Shown: one piece after another, positions 10,011 through 21,668 of the stretch
How the letters are laid out: each line of letters begins with the position of its first letter
Position numbering within the stretch: the stretch's first letter is position 1
Notes under the pieces: generated by a model
Seen by the model: only the letters and a program-made list of their open reading frames with translations
Databases searched by the model: none
Told to the model about the DNA's origin: nothing
Made by a program: the position numbers and the translations under genes
Source: Octopus sinensis
Lineage: Eukaryota
Assembly (NCBI RefSeq): GCF_006345805.1
Contig: NW_021836410.1
Span: 1-30,245 of the forward strand
Direction: 5' to 3'
DNA: 30,245 bases

Positions 10011-10424
10011 TGTAGTGCGTTATACGCTGATAAGAATTAATTGTATGAATTAATAAATACTCTGTTTAGTTCGTGTGTGCTTTAGGGCTCATTGATAAGT
10101 TTTATATGTTTTTCTTCCTATGTTGAGCATCTCTGATAGACAAATTTTAATTAGATTTATTTTTAAATCCTTCGTTTTAATATCTTAGTCCATTCTAGGT
10201 GATGTTTAGTCAAACCCCAGTGTCTGTCCACTATATCATATCGGTCTTTCATAATGAAATTTGTCTTACTCGCACATCTGATGAGGTGTCTAGGACCGAA
10301 ACAAGGCTTCCATGCTTGAAACGTTTATATTACTGAGATACAGTATATCAGTACTTTATTTAGCTCTTTGGCTGTGGAATTAAATTGCACGATCATTCCT
10401 GCAATGATGTTAATTATCCACCAG

Positions 10425-10612
10425 GCAAAGGCGGTGAGCTGGCAGAATCATTAACACGCTAGACAAAATACTCAGCGGTATTTCGTCCGAAGTCGACTTT
10501 GCCTTTTATCCTTTCGGAATTGATTTAAAAGGTACCAGTCGAATGCTGAGGTCGATGTAATCGACTTTGTTCCCTCTCCTAGAAATTGCTAGCCTTGGAC
10601 CAAAATTTGAAA
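10425..10612 (+). mobile_element. SINE family B with 15-bp target-site duplication
   Basis: TSD TTAATTATCCACCAG at 10410-10424 and 10613-10627; head GGCGGTGAGCTGGCAGAATC; core GTCGACTTTGCCTTTTATCCTTTCGG. The B-box region is deleted. Confidence 0.85.
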
Positions 10613-11299
10613 TTAATTATCCACCAGAAAATAGAATTGGTACTTTCCGTTTCTGCATTACTTTTTCAATATCTCTTGTAGGTACAATTTACATATCTTC
10701 CGCTAAAAGCATTTGATCCTTACACTGTAAAGAGATATTTGAAGAAAATTTCTGCAAAAATTAATACCTGAAAAAATTGTCTTTTGTAAAACGTGTCACC
10801 GGAAATATCTCTGCTTCGCGCAGTATAAGAATTATTACTGTTAACCGTAATAAACGGAAATAAACTTTTGAGCGGATGTGTACGCTTTCCACATTCAGAT
10901 GGTCAACTGAGCATGATAAAGTTTTCTTTTAGTTGTGTTCCTTCACTGAAGACTTCTGTCTCTTACTCGGAACATTTTTGCGATACACACTTCAATCATG
11001 AAAATTTAAGACGTACTGTATTGCATTCATGAGTGCCTTCTTGCACAAGTATGTGTGTGTATGTGTTGCGTATATGTGTATGTGTGCACGCGCATTTATA
11101 CAGTAAAAATTACCGCCCTTGTTCTTTTGTTCCCTTCTGCCAATTGACTGCGGTTTTCCTGGAGAACTACTTTCGGTTTACTGAGCCTATGGAATATGAT
11201 ACATAAGAGACACTACCTAAACAATTCTGGTATTTATACAGATGTAAACATAGGCATAGACCCAATCACATTCACACAAATAGCTAGCGAGCTAGCTAA

Positions 11300-11300
11300 C

Positions 11301-11384
<84 letters not shown>

Positions 11385-11407
11385 CAGATAGACAGACAGA
11401 CAGACAG

Positions 11408-11438
<31 letters not shown>

Positions 11439-11464
11439 CATATATACATACATACATACATACA

Positions 11465-11499
<35 letters not shown>

Positions 11500-11500
11500 C
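11300..11500. repeat. (GATA)n-(GACA)n-(TACA)n compound microsatellite
   Basis: Direct observation. Confidence 0.95.
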
Positions 11501-11514
11501 GTTTCATTCACAGT

Positions 11515-12175
11515 TTGTTCTCGCGGGCAATCTGTCGAGAAGAGTTCTACTCACTCGATCTCAGCATGAGATCTCCACATCTGCTGTGACCATGTGACAC
11601 GTGGTCGAACAACATGAGTTCGGTCCTCAGTGAAGACAACACGGTAAGCAGAGTCAAACTCGGAATATTGAGGGCTTAACAGTCTAAGCTGGCGCTCCCG
11701 AATCGTACAGGTATCAGGACGCATTCCAGTTTCTGAGTGGAGTCGTTGATTGGATACGAAATCTGAAGAAATGATGCGAAGCATCCTGGTCCCAAAAGAG
11801 TTCAGGCGGCACCTAAGGGTCCGGATCAGTGCCCATGTCTCACAGCTATAGAGCAGCCCAGGAAGGACCAGATAACTGAAAACACGAACCTTTGTCCTTC
11901 AATGACTCTACAACTGCACCAGCTCGTCCAAGTCTTTTAGGACTTGTAGTTAACGCCGCTATTAATCTCACGTCAACAACATAGACTTTCTCATCCACAA
12001 CTTAAACAGACGAGGTAGAGTCTTCCAAGACACCATCGAAGGACTGGATCTTTGTCTTGGCGCAAGAGGCTGCGAGGCCAAGTGGTTCGGCTTCCTCATT
12101 CAGTGAAAAGAGAGCGCTCCTGGAGGCATCAAAGATTTTTGCTTCCTCGGCAAAATCTACATTTGTAATCCTAGA
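11515..12175 (-). pseudogene. Decayed RTE-clade non-LTR retrotransposon, C-terminal reverse transcriptase region
   Basis: Minus-strand translation gives ITNVDFAEE (degenerate xADD motif), LNEEAEPLGLAASCAKTKIQ, LPGLLYSCETWALIRTLRCRLNSFGTRMLRII and SDFVSNQRL...IRERQLR, with stops and frameshifts. Confidence 0.85.
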
Positions 12176-12204
12176 TACGAAGCCTAGGAATTTTAAAAAC
12201 TGAA

Positions 12205-12485
<281 letters not shown>

Positions 12486-12974
12486 ATTGTTTCAAAAACC
12501 AATACAAAGCAAATTTGAAACAAAGTTAAGGAAAGATGGTAGACAAAACAGTGGTTTACACGTCACATTATATTCCAATATTTCGAGGTTAATGCCCCTT
12601 TGTCAGGAAAAAAATGGAGAATGGTGCCGAGCTGGTATTTTTCGCTCATATATGTGCAAAATATGCCATCATCAATTTTCTCCAGACATAGGGGTGTTGA
12701 ACTCGAAATATCACGTAATGCTTCGCTAATACTTCACTGCGCTAAGGTGTGTCTGTATATGTGCGTGGGTGAGCGCGCGCGAGAGTGTGTTTCTGTATGT
12801 GTGTGTATGCATGTACGTGAGTGTATGTATGAATACATGCATATACATACATACATATGTACATACATACTGGCTTGTCAGTCATTTTACGATCTAAGAA
12901 ATATATAAACATTCGTTCCAAGGTAGCCATCAAATTTTCGGATGTAAGGGCTTCTACACGGTTGCTTGATAAGC

Positions 12975-13125
12975 TTGAAATAGCAGCCAAATCATGCCTA
13001 AATCACCTACTATCATTTTGAAGGAAATAAAAATGGAGAAAAAGATAGGGCTTATCCGAACAATAATGCTTGTTGGTCATAGATCTTACGTAACAAGGAT
13101 TGACCCGGGGCTAATCACAGCAAAC
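12975..13125 (+). repeat. Unclassified interspersed repeat related to 940-1110
   Basis: GAAATAGCAGCCAAATCA (12977-12994) and GGTCATAGATC...TGACCCGGGGCTAA. Confidence 0.45.
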
Positions 13126-13469
13126 GTTAGGGATTATTTCCGGCTTTATTTTTTTGTTTATTTTGTTTTGTGTTTGTTTTTGTTTTTAGAAAGTCCCAAA
13201 TAGGGCGAGAAGCCGTTTAATGTAAGTGACTATGAAGAAGGGGAAATTAGGACGAAAAGAATTAATTTACTTTTGACATGAAAGAGTTCGGGTCATCAGA
13301 AGAGGGGAAACAATGAGACGGAAGTGAGTTCGAGTTTCAAAGTCTGAAAATTCGAAGAAAAAAAAAAGCTACGACCGTGGAAAGAGTTTCGTTTGAACAA
13401 AAGAACAGAGACATAAAACTCAGAAAAGTGATGATGTAGAATATTATGAGTATGAAGTGGTATGAGTGG

Positions 13470-13908
13470 AGACGGACGGACGGACGTGCGGACCGACGGA
13501 CAGACAGATATCGAATGATAGAACAGATATAATAGATAGGATAGATGGTTGGCTGGCTAGATGGAAGGATGGATGGATGGATGGATGGATGGATGGATGG
13601 ATGGATGGATGGATGGATGGATGGATGGATAGATGGATAGGGATGGATGGATGGATGGACGGATAGATGGATGGATGGATGGATAAATAGACAGACACAC
13701 ACAGATAGACAAACAGACAGATAGGTAGATATATTAAGAGACAGACACACAGACATACAGGCACAAAGACACACAGACACACAGATAGATAAACAGACAG
13801 ACAGATATCGAATGATGAATAGACAGAGAGAATAGACAGACACACACACACACACACAAACAGACAAACATAGAGAGAGAGACTGACAGACAGACAGACA
13901 GGTTGATT

Positions 13909-13985
<77 letters not shown>

Positions 13986-14136
13986 GCAGACAGAAAGACA
14001 GACAAACAGACAGACAGATAGACAGACAGATAGAGAGAGAGAGAGAGAGAGAGAGGAAGGCAGACAGGCAGACAGATGGGTTTACAGAGAGGGAGAGAGA
14101 GAAAGAGACAGATATATACAATTATTTCTCTGTGTG

Positions 14137-14175
<39 letters not shown>
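13470..14175. repeat. Large compound microsatellite (GGAT)n/(GACA)n/(GATA)n/(GA)n/(TG)n
   Basis: Direct observation; explains the 222-aa and 225-aa ORFs. Confidence 0.95.
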
Positions 14176-14180
<5 letters not shown>

Positions 14181-14369
14181 TACACGTAAAAGACAGGGCT
14201 TTCTTGAATCTTGGAAGGAAGGAAAAGAAATGAGGATTGCGTAATGCCATCGTTGACGCAACTATAAGTTTTAGTTCTGTAAACTTTTAATTGAGGTACA
14301 TCTGAGGACATTCTTTGAATATACACAAAATAACTCTTCTCAAATGATTCAGTAAATTCAATTTAAGGA

Positions 14370-14585
14370 TATATATATATATATATGCACACCTGTATAT
14401 ATATGGATATATATACATATATACATATGAATGTATGTATATATATATATATATGTAAATGTATATATGTATGTATATTATATATATATATATATAAAGT
14501 AATTCATATCACATATTGTACAAATATTGCATATTTACGAAATACATACATATACATAAATATATATACACACACATGTACATAA

Positions 14586-14632
<47 letters not shown>

Positions 14633-14797
14633 AAGTTGTATGCATATGCACGTATAAATTCGTATGTATGTATGTATCTATAATTACATATGTATATATA
14701 TATATATATATATATGCATATTTATATATGTATATATGTATATATATATATAATATATACATACCAGTTGTGTGAGTGCATGCATGTACATATACAT

Positions 14798-14842
<45 letters not shown>

Positions 14843-15151
14843 CATATGTACAACACACAACGCATGCATACATACAAACACATACACATATACACCCGTT
14901 ATCTATAGTTTACTTTCCGTGATGCCTCTAATTGAAATTTTGTGCTATAAGTTGTCCGTAATATGGCGGATCGATATATCCATCTTGCTAACTATTTATA
15001 CACATGTTAACGTTTACATAATATATTACTGTCGAGTGTAAATAATATATATGGAAACTGCCTGGAACCAGGAAAAGAGTAAATAGACACGTACCCACAC
15101 ACACACACACACGCTCACATACAAACATACATATACACGTGCATACATACA

Positions 15152-15185
<34 letters not shown>

Positions 15186-15314
15186 CATATATATACATAC
15201 ATATATACACCATATATATATATACATATATATACATACATATATATATATACATACATACATATATAGATACATATATTATAATATATATATATTATAT
15301 ATATATATATATAG

Positions 15315-15371
<57 letters not shown>

Positions 15372-15720
15372 GACATGCGCAACACACACACTTACACACA
15401 GACGCGCACACAGATGCACTGACAGACTATGAACTGGTGTGTGTGTGTTTGTGTGTGTGTGTGTGTTGTGTGTGTGTGTGCGCGCGCGCGCGCGCGTGCA
15501 CACGCATGAATTGTAAACAGAATGAAGTTTATACAAATCAAGATACACACATGGCAATAATATACATATATAATATATAAATAGAGAGAGAGGAGAAGGA
15601 GAGAGAGTGAGAGAGAGAGAGAGAAATAGATATGGATATAGACATATGTATGTATGCATGTATGCATGTTTGCGTGTGTATGTTGTGTGTGTGTGTGTGT
15701 GTGTGTGTATACGTGCCTGT
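14370..15720. repeat. (TA)/(TACA)/(TG)/(GA)-rich simple-repeat region
   Basis: Direct observation; a short non-repetitive island lies at about 14895-15095. Confidence 0.9.
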
Positions 15721-15834
15721 GTATGTGTGCTTGTTAGTGTATGCGTGTGTTTGGAAATAGCTATCTTATTCCATTACGTAAAATTTCATAGATATCCAGT
15801 TTATTTCTTATATCTTATATACATTTTATATACA

Positions 15835-15906
15835 GCGTCGGTGGTGTAACGGTTAGCATGGTTGCCTTCCAAGCAGTCGATCCGGGTTCGACTCCCGGCC
15901 GACGCA
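15835..15906 (+). tRNA. tRNA-Gly (anticodon TCC)
   Basis: 72 nt; perfect acceptor stem GCGTCGG/CCGACGC + A; anticodon loop CT-TCC-AA (TCC at 15868-15870); T arm CCGGG-TTCGACT-CCCGG; very close to the conserved metazoan tRNA-Gly-TCC sequence. Confidence 0.97.
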
Positions 15907-15915
15907 GGCGATAGC

Positions 15916-15921
15916 TTTTTT
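15916..15921 (+). terminator. RNA polymerase III oligo-dT terminator
   Basis: TTTTTT begins 10 nt downstream of the tRNA 3' end. Confidence 0.85.
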
Positions 15922-15981
15922 AACGGCGGTGCATCAGCATGGCCGCAGTTCTAAGCTGAAACTAGAGAAAAAAAAATTATA

Positions 15982-16492
15982 GGCGCAGGAGTGGCTTGTG
16001 GTAAGTAGCTTGCTTGCCAACCACATGGTTCCGGGTTCAGTCCCACTGCATGGCACTTAGGGCAAGCGTCTTCTACTATAGCCTCGGGTCGACCAAAGCC
16101 TTGTGAGTGGATTTGGTAGACGGAAACTGAAAGAAGCCTGTCGTGTATATGTATATATATATATTTGTGTCTGTGTTTGTCCCCCCCACCAACATCGTTT
16201 GACAACCGATGCTGGTGTGTTCATATCCCCGTAACTTAGCGGTTCGGCAAAAGAGACCGATAGAATAAGTACTAGGCTTACAAAGAATAAGTCCTGGGGT
16301 CGATTTGCTCGACTATAAAGGCGGTGCTCCAGCATGGCCGCAGTCAAATGACTGAAACAAGTAAAAGCGTAAAGAGGATAGAATAAGTACTAGGCTTCCA
16401 AAGAATAAGTCCTGGGGTCGATTTGCTCGACTAAAGGCGGTGCTCCAGCATGGCCGCAGTCAAATGACTGAAACAAGTAAAAGAGTAAAGAG
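15982..16492 (+). mobile_element. Full-length SINE family A with tandemly duplicated 3' end
   Basis: tRNA-like head GGCGCAGGAGTGGC...GGGTTCAGTCCCAC, CORE-like GGGCAAGCGTCTTC, internal (TA)n; 16259-16376 is repeated at 16377-16492. Confidence 0.9.
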
Positions 16493-16627
16493 TATTATCT
16501 GTTTTTATCATACATTAGGTCCATTGAGCTCTTTTTATACATTTTATAGTAAAATACTCCTTCAATGTATTCGAGAATGTACGCTTACATACATTAGTGT
16601 ATACACACACACACACATGTACATAAT

Positions 16628-16682
16628 GGCACTCCGTCGGTTACAACGACGAGGGTTCAAGTTGATCCGATCTGCTCGTGTG
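16628..16682 (-). mobile_element. 3' tail fragment of SINE family C
   Basis: Reverse complement of the 18018-18085 tail (CACGAGCAG...CCCTC...GTAACCGACGGAGTGC). Confidence 0.65.
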
Positions 16683-16686
16683 TAAC

Positions 16687-16782
16687 TCTGAGATGGGAAT
16701 ATGTTGATTAAAATCATAATTAACTGATCCTCCTGTATTTTCTTTTACCCAAAGCCAGGAACTTTTCAACACCCACCTCGTA
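16687..16782 (+). mobile_element. Right-end fragment of mariner MITE
   Basis: Matches 18316-18410; ends in the TIR AAAGCCAGGAACTTTTCAACACCCACCTCG-TA. Confidence 0.75.
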
Positions 16783-16817
16783 TGCCTATGCATGCATATA
16801 TGTGTGCGTGTAGGCAG

Positions 16818-17223
16818 AGAGCTGGCAGAAACGTTAGCACGCCGGGCGAAATGCTTAGCGGTATTTCGTCTGCATTACGTTGTGAGTTCAAATTCCGCCG
16901 AGGTCGACTTTGCCTTTCATCCTTTCGGGGTCGATAAATTAAGTACCAGTTACGCACTGGGGTCGATGTAATCGACTTAATACCTATGTCTGTCATTTGC
17001 CCCCTCTGTGTTTAGCCCCTTGTGGGTAATAAAGAAATAGGTATTTCGTCTGTCGTTACGTTCTGAGTTCAAATTCCGCCGAGGTCGACTTTGCCTTTCA
17101 TCCTTTCGGAGTCGATAAATAAAGTACCAGTTTCGCACTGGGGTCGATGCAATCGACTCAATCCCTTTGTCTGTCCTTGTTTGTCCCCTCTATGTTTAGC
17201 CCCTTGTGGGCAGTAAAGAAATA
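16818..17223 (+). mobile_element. SINE family B with a 180-bp internal tandem duplication
   Basis: GCTGGCAGAAACGTTAG head, GAGTTCAAATTCC B box; 16860-17039 is repeated at 17040-17223. Confidence 0.9.
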
Positions 17224-17706
17224 TATATGTGTGCGTGTGTGTATCTCACATATATGTGTGCATGTGTGTATCTCACATATATGTGTGCGTGTGTGTGTGT
17301 CTATCTGTGTGTCTGTCTGTTTGTGCCTGTGTGTGTATGTGCATATTTGCAACAATATGTGAATATAGGCTCATAAAAACAAACCAAACCCATGCCTAAG
17401 TGAAACGGTACAAACCAACATACAACTCTGTGCGCGTATGTGTGTCTGTGTGTGTATGTGTATGTGTGTGTGTTCGTGTGTGTGTATCTGTGTGCATGTG
17501 TGTATGTGTGTGCATGTGTGCGTCTGTGTGTGTGTGTGCGCGCGCATGTGTGTGTGTACAGGTACAAAATAGATTTTCCGGATTGCTGATTTTTCAGGAG
17601 CAAGAATGATTATTTCTAAATTAAACAAATATTAACCTTGCTCAGATAATTAAATGAAATGCAACAGATACCTGCACATTGGCATATATGATACAAATTA
17701 ATTAGT

Positions 17707-18089
17707 GGAGGCGCAATGGCCCAGTGGTTAGGGCATCGGACTCGCGGTCATAGGATCGCGGTTTCGATTCCCAGACCGGGCGTTGAGTGTTTATTGAGCG
17801 AAAACACCTAAAGCTCCACGAGGCCTCCGCAGGGGATGGTGGTGATCCCTGCTGTACTCTTTCACCACAACTTTCTCTCACTCTTACTTCCTGTTTCTGT
17901 TGTACCTGTATTTCAAAGGGCCGGCCTTGTCACTCTCTGTGTCACGCTGAATATCCCCGAGAACTACGTTAAGGGTACACGTGTCTGTGGAGTGCTCAGC
18001 CACTTACACGTTAATTTCACGAGCAGGCTGTTCCGTTGATTCGGATCAACCGGAACCCTCATCGTAGTAACCGACGGAGTGCTTCCACA
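17707..18089 (+). mobile_element. Full-length SINE family C
   Basis: GGCGCAATGGCCCAGTGGTTAGG...GGTTTCGATTCC head; tail block CCC(C/T)GAGAACTA(C/T)GTTAAGG shared with the 30033 copy. Confidence 0.8.
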
Positions 18090-18190
18090 AATTAATTAAT
18101 AATGTACTGCGCAGAGCACTGTGAAGCAGAGCTGCCCAGGTAAATTAGTCTGGCAGTCTGAAGTTCTTGCTCGTAAATTGGTGCAGATTA

Positions 18191-18410
18191 TATGAAAAGG
18201 TGCTGAAAAGCTCATGGTTTTAAAGGTATCGCAAAAAGCCTGGCTGGAGGCGCAACTTACCGAGTTCTTTTACAGGGCTTAGAAAACCGAAGGATTACTG
18301 CAATAAGTGTTGGAATCTGAGAGGGGAATATGTTGGATAAAATCATAATTAATTGATCCTCCTGTCTTTTCTTTGGGTCAAAGCCAGGAATTTTTCAATA
18401 CCCCTTCATA
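18191..18410 (+). mobile_element. Mariner-derived MITE (copy 1)
   Basis: TA at both ends; ~27-bp TIRs; residual transposase C-terminus SFTGLRKPKDYCNKCWNLRGEYVG*. Confidence 0.8.
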
Positions 18411-18526
18411 AACGACTCCGGGCCATCAGCGTCCAGAAAGTCGGTGTTATAGCTCTGAATATAAAACTTCTGTCAGATATTCAGATCATCAGAAAATCAG
18501 GGTTACACAAACGATTTTATGGTTTA

Positions 18527-18745
18527 TCCCAGGGGGTGCTGAAAAAGTTCCTGGCTTTAGGGGTACCGCGAAAGGCTTGGCTGGAAGCCCAGCTAACTGA
18601 GGTCTTTTACAGGGCTTAGAAAACTGAAGGACTTCCGCAATAAGTGTGTGAATGTGAGAGGGGAATATGTTGAATAAAATCATAATTAATTGATCTTCCT
18701 GTATTTTCTTTTAGCCAAAGCCAAAAACTTCTCAACACCTTCTTA
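18527..18745 (+). mobile_element. Mariner-derived MITE (copy 2)
   Basis: TIR GGGGGTGCTGAAAAGTTCCTGGCTTT / AAAGCCAAAAACTTCTCAACACC; residual SFTGLRKLKDFRNKCVNVRGEYVE*. Confidence 0.8.
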
Positions 18746-18850
18746 TAAGAGGCTCTGGACCTTCAGTGTCCAGAAAGTCATTGTTGTACAGAATTGTTCA
18801 TTACGACTCCGCTTTTCTTTTTCTTTTTTCTTATAGGTTTATTGCCCAAG

Positions 18851-18979
18851 GTCCCACTGCATGGCACCTCGAGCAAGTGTCTTCTACTATAGCCTCGGGC
18901 CGACCAAATCATTGTGAGTGGATTTGGTAGACGGAAACTGAAAAGAAAAGCCCGTCTATATATATGTATGTATGTATGT

Positions 18980-19016
<37 letters not shown>

Positions 19017-19293
19017 GTATGTAATATATATATATGTATGTATATATATATAATATATATTATATATATATATAATAATTATATATATATATATATATAT
19101 AATATATATATGTATATATAATATATAAATGTATCAAATGAAATAAAATGTAAAACAGGACACAAATGACGTCCTGTTTTTCATTTTATTTTATTTGATA
19201 CATATGTCCTCTCACCAATGCTACTAGCTGGCATATACAGGTGCTTACATATATCAATTATTCATCCTGAATTTATGTATATATATTTATATA

Positions 19294-19329
<36 letters not shown>

Positions 19330-19540
19330 TGTATGTATGTATGTATGTGTGTGAGTGTATGTTTGATGTCTGTGTTTGTCCCCCCAACATCGCTTACTCG
19401 TAACTTAGCGGTTCGGCAAAAGAGACCGATAGAATAAGTACTAGGCTTACAAAGAATAAGTCCTGGGGTCGATTTGCTCCAATAAAATGCGGTGCTCCAG
19501 CATGGCCACAGTCAAAATGACTGAAAGAAGTAAAAGAGTA
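18851..19540 (+). mobile_element. SINE family A, 5' truncated, with expanded and interrupted internal microsatellite
   Basis: 18851-18956 matches the SINE middle and 19369-19540 the tail; about 410 bp of (TA)/(TATG) plus foreign sequence lies between. Confidence 0.8.
19129..19203. other. 33-bp-stem palindrome (hairpin)
   Basis: 19129-19161 pairs with 19171-19203 with 2 mismatches (one G.T) and a 9-nt loop. Confidence 0.9.
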
Positions 19541-19850
19541 ATAGCCTGGAACTACTTAAATATGAGGCACGTTCAAAAAGCCTCCAACTTTATTTTCTCC
19601 CGCCAAAACTAATATCACCTGAGCCAAATCCTTGGGATAAAAGGTGACGCCACCCTTCCTGGGACAAGTAAAGTGGGATACTTTTGGAATGCACCTATGT
19701 TTTGCAAGCTTTGTTGATAAATGGTACTTTGGTACTTTGATTCCACAATCTCTCCCCGCCCTTCTCTCTTTGTCTCTATCTCTATCTCTCACTCTCTCTC
19801 TCTTTCTTTCTCTCTTTCGGTCTCTGCTTTTATCCCAGTTTATTTATATA

Positions 19851-20035
19851 CTAGTGACGTACCTGGGTCGGCCAGATAAGTTATGTACACCATGTTTAAA
19901 ACCATAAATATTCATTACTGAATTAAAAAAAAATACCAAATGATTTCCCATTATTTACGAAAATGCAAATTTAACTCATAGTATATAATTCAGTAAACGG
20001 CTAATATTTCACAGTGACAGACATTACTTTTCAAA
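19851..20035 (-). mobile_element. Helitron-like 3' end fragment
   Basis: Minus-strand CTAG|T terminus (19851-19854) with a degenerate hairpin CTGG-GTCGG-CCAG 8 nt away; inner boundary uncertain. Confidence 0.4.
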
Positions 20036-20038
20036 ATT

Positions 20039-20149
20039 TATGTGTGTGTGTGTATGTGTGTATGTATACGTATGTATACATATGTATACATATATATATA
20101 CATATATATATACATATATATACATATGTATATATAGATATATATATAT

Positions 20150-20197
<48 letters not shown>

Positions 20198-20480
20198 CAT
20201 ATGTGTGTGTATGCATATATATATATATATATATTATACATACGATGCATATATATACATACATTCGTATATATTATATGCACACACACACACACACACA
20301 CATAAATAATATATATATAATATATATACATATATATAATGTGAGCGTATTGTTTATAATTGTTTGAAATAAATAATATACATAACATGAGAGTATTGGC
20401 TTATAATTTTTTTTAATATGTGTGTATGTCTGTTCATATATATATATATGTATACAAACACACATACACGCGCACGCGCG
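20039..20480. repeat. (TA)/(TG)/(CA) simple-repeat region
   Basis: Direct observation. Confidence 0.9.
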
Positions 20481-20602
20481 CACTAATATGAAAAGTTATG
20501 ATTCCCGCGAGTTATAAGCTCACCTCCGAAAGCTATAATATACAATCTGATAAACAAAATACAAAAACGTCTTATGTCAGTATTATCATTAGAGAAAGAC
20601 AG

Positions 20603-21668
20603 AGCGGTGAATAGCTAGAATCGTTGACGCACCGAACAAAATTCCCGGTGACGACTGTTACGTCTCTTTACGTTCGGAGTTCAAATTCCGCCTAGGTTGA
20701 CTTTGCCTTTCATCCTTACGAGTGGTAATAAAATAAAGGGATCTTATCGGTTTGAACGGCAGTTTTTAACATAATTTCTAGGTAACTAAAAAATTTTAAA
20801 CTTCGTATACTGGTAGAATGTGTTTATAAAACATCTTTTTCTCTTGGCTTTATTGAGAAAATTCTATAGTTTGTAAGATATTTGGTCTTTAATTTCTTGC
20901 ATTTCGGCAATTTCAACCAAACATTCTGTGCCGTATGAATATATCCCTCGTTTAAGAAACAGATTGGGTTTATTTACATTTGTGAAAAAAAAAAGATACC
21001 CTTCCTCCTACCCCTAACCCTAACTAACCCTAACCTAAAACAGATTGAAATGCAATAGAAATGCAGTTTTTAACATAATTTCTAGGTAACTAAAAAATGT
21101 TAAACTTCGTATACTGGTAGAATGTGTTTATAAAACATCTTTTTCTCTTGGCTTTATTGAGACAATTCTATAGTTTGTAAGATATTTGGTCTTTAATTTC
21201 TTGCATTTCGGCAATTTCAACCAATCAGTGACCGTCTATCGAGTTGAAAACATTCTGTGCCGTATGAATATGTCCCTCGTTTAAGAAACAGACTGGGTTT
21301 ATTTACATTTGTGAAGAAAAAAAAGATACCCTTCCTCCTACCCCTAACCCTAACTAACCCTAACCTAAAACAGATTGAAATTCAATAGAAATGCAGTTTT
21401 TAACATAATTTCTAGGTAACTAAAAAATTTTAAACTTCGTATACTGGTAGAATGTGTTTATCGAGGTGAAAACATTCTGTGTCGTATGAATATGTCCCTC
21501 GTTTATACTAGGGTCATAATTATGGGTGACAATTTCATGTAACACCGCTAGAAAAAACTGCCGTTCAAACCGAAAAGATCCAAATAAAGTACCATTCAAG
21601 TATTAGCGGTCGATGTAAATGACTTGCCTCTCTCCTTTAATCTGCTGTCTCTATGCTAAAATTTGAAA
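20603..21668 (+). mobile_element. SINE family B split by a MITE insertion (20603-20738 + 21590-21668)
   Basis: Removing 20739-21589 restores ...TAAAATAAAG-TACCA..., as in the intact copies. Confidence 0.8.
20739..21581. mobile_element. Merlin-like MITE with 29-bp TIRs, 8-bp TSD and internal tandem expansion
   Basis: TIR GGATCTT(A/T)TCGGTTTGAACGGCAGTTTTT (28/29 match; 20739-20767 and 21553-21581); TSD AAATAAAG (20731-20738 and 21582-21589); internal units restart at 20759, 21063 and 21393. Confidence 0.85.

Noticed and set aside
10933-11031. Possible exon after TTTTCTTTTAG (32 open codons)
   Set aside because: No convincing splice donor before the stop and no recognisable peptide.
13337-14121. 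222-aa and 225-aa ORFs
   Set aside because: Derived from GGAT/GACA/GATA microsatellites.
21011-21367. CCCTAA telomeric repeats as evidence of a chromosome end or fusion
   Set aside because: Only 3-4 imperfect units, sitting at the same position inside a MITE's tandem unit.
20759-21505. CRISPR-like or other repeat-spacer arrays
   Set aside because: All tandem structures in the window are contiguous duplications without unique spacers, the context is eukaryotic and there are no cas genes.
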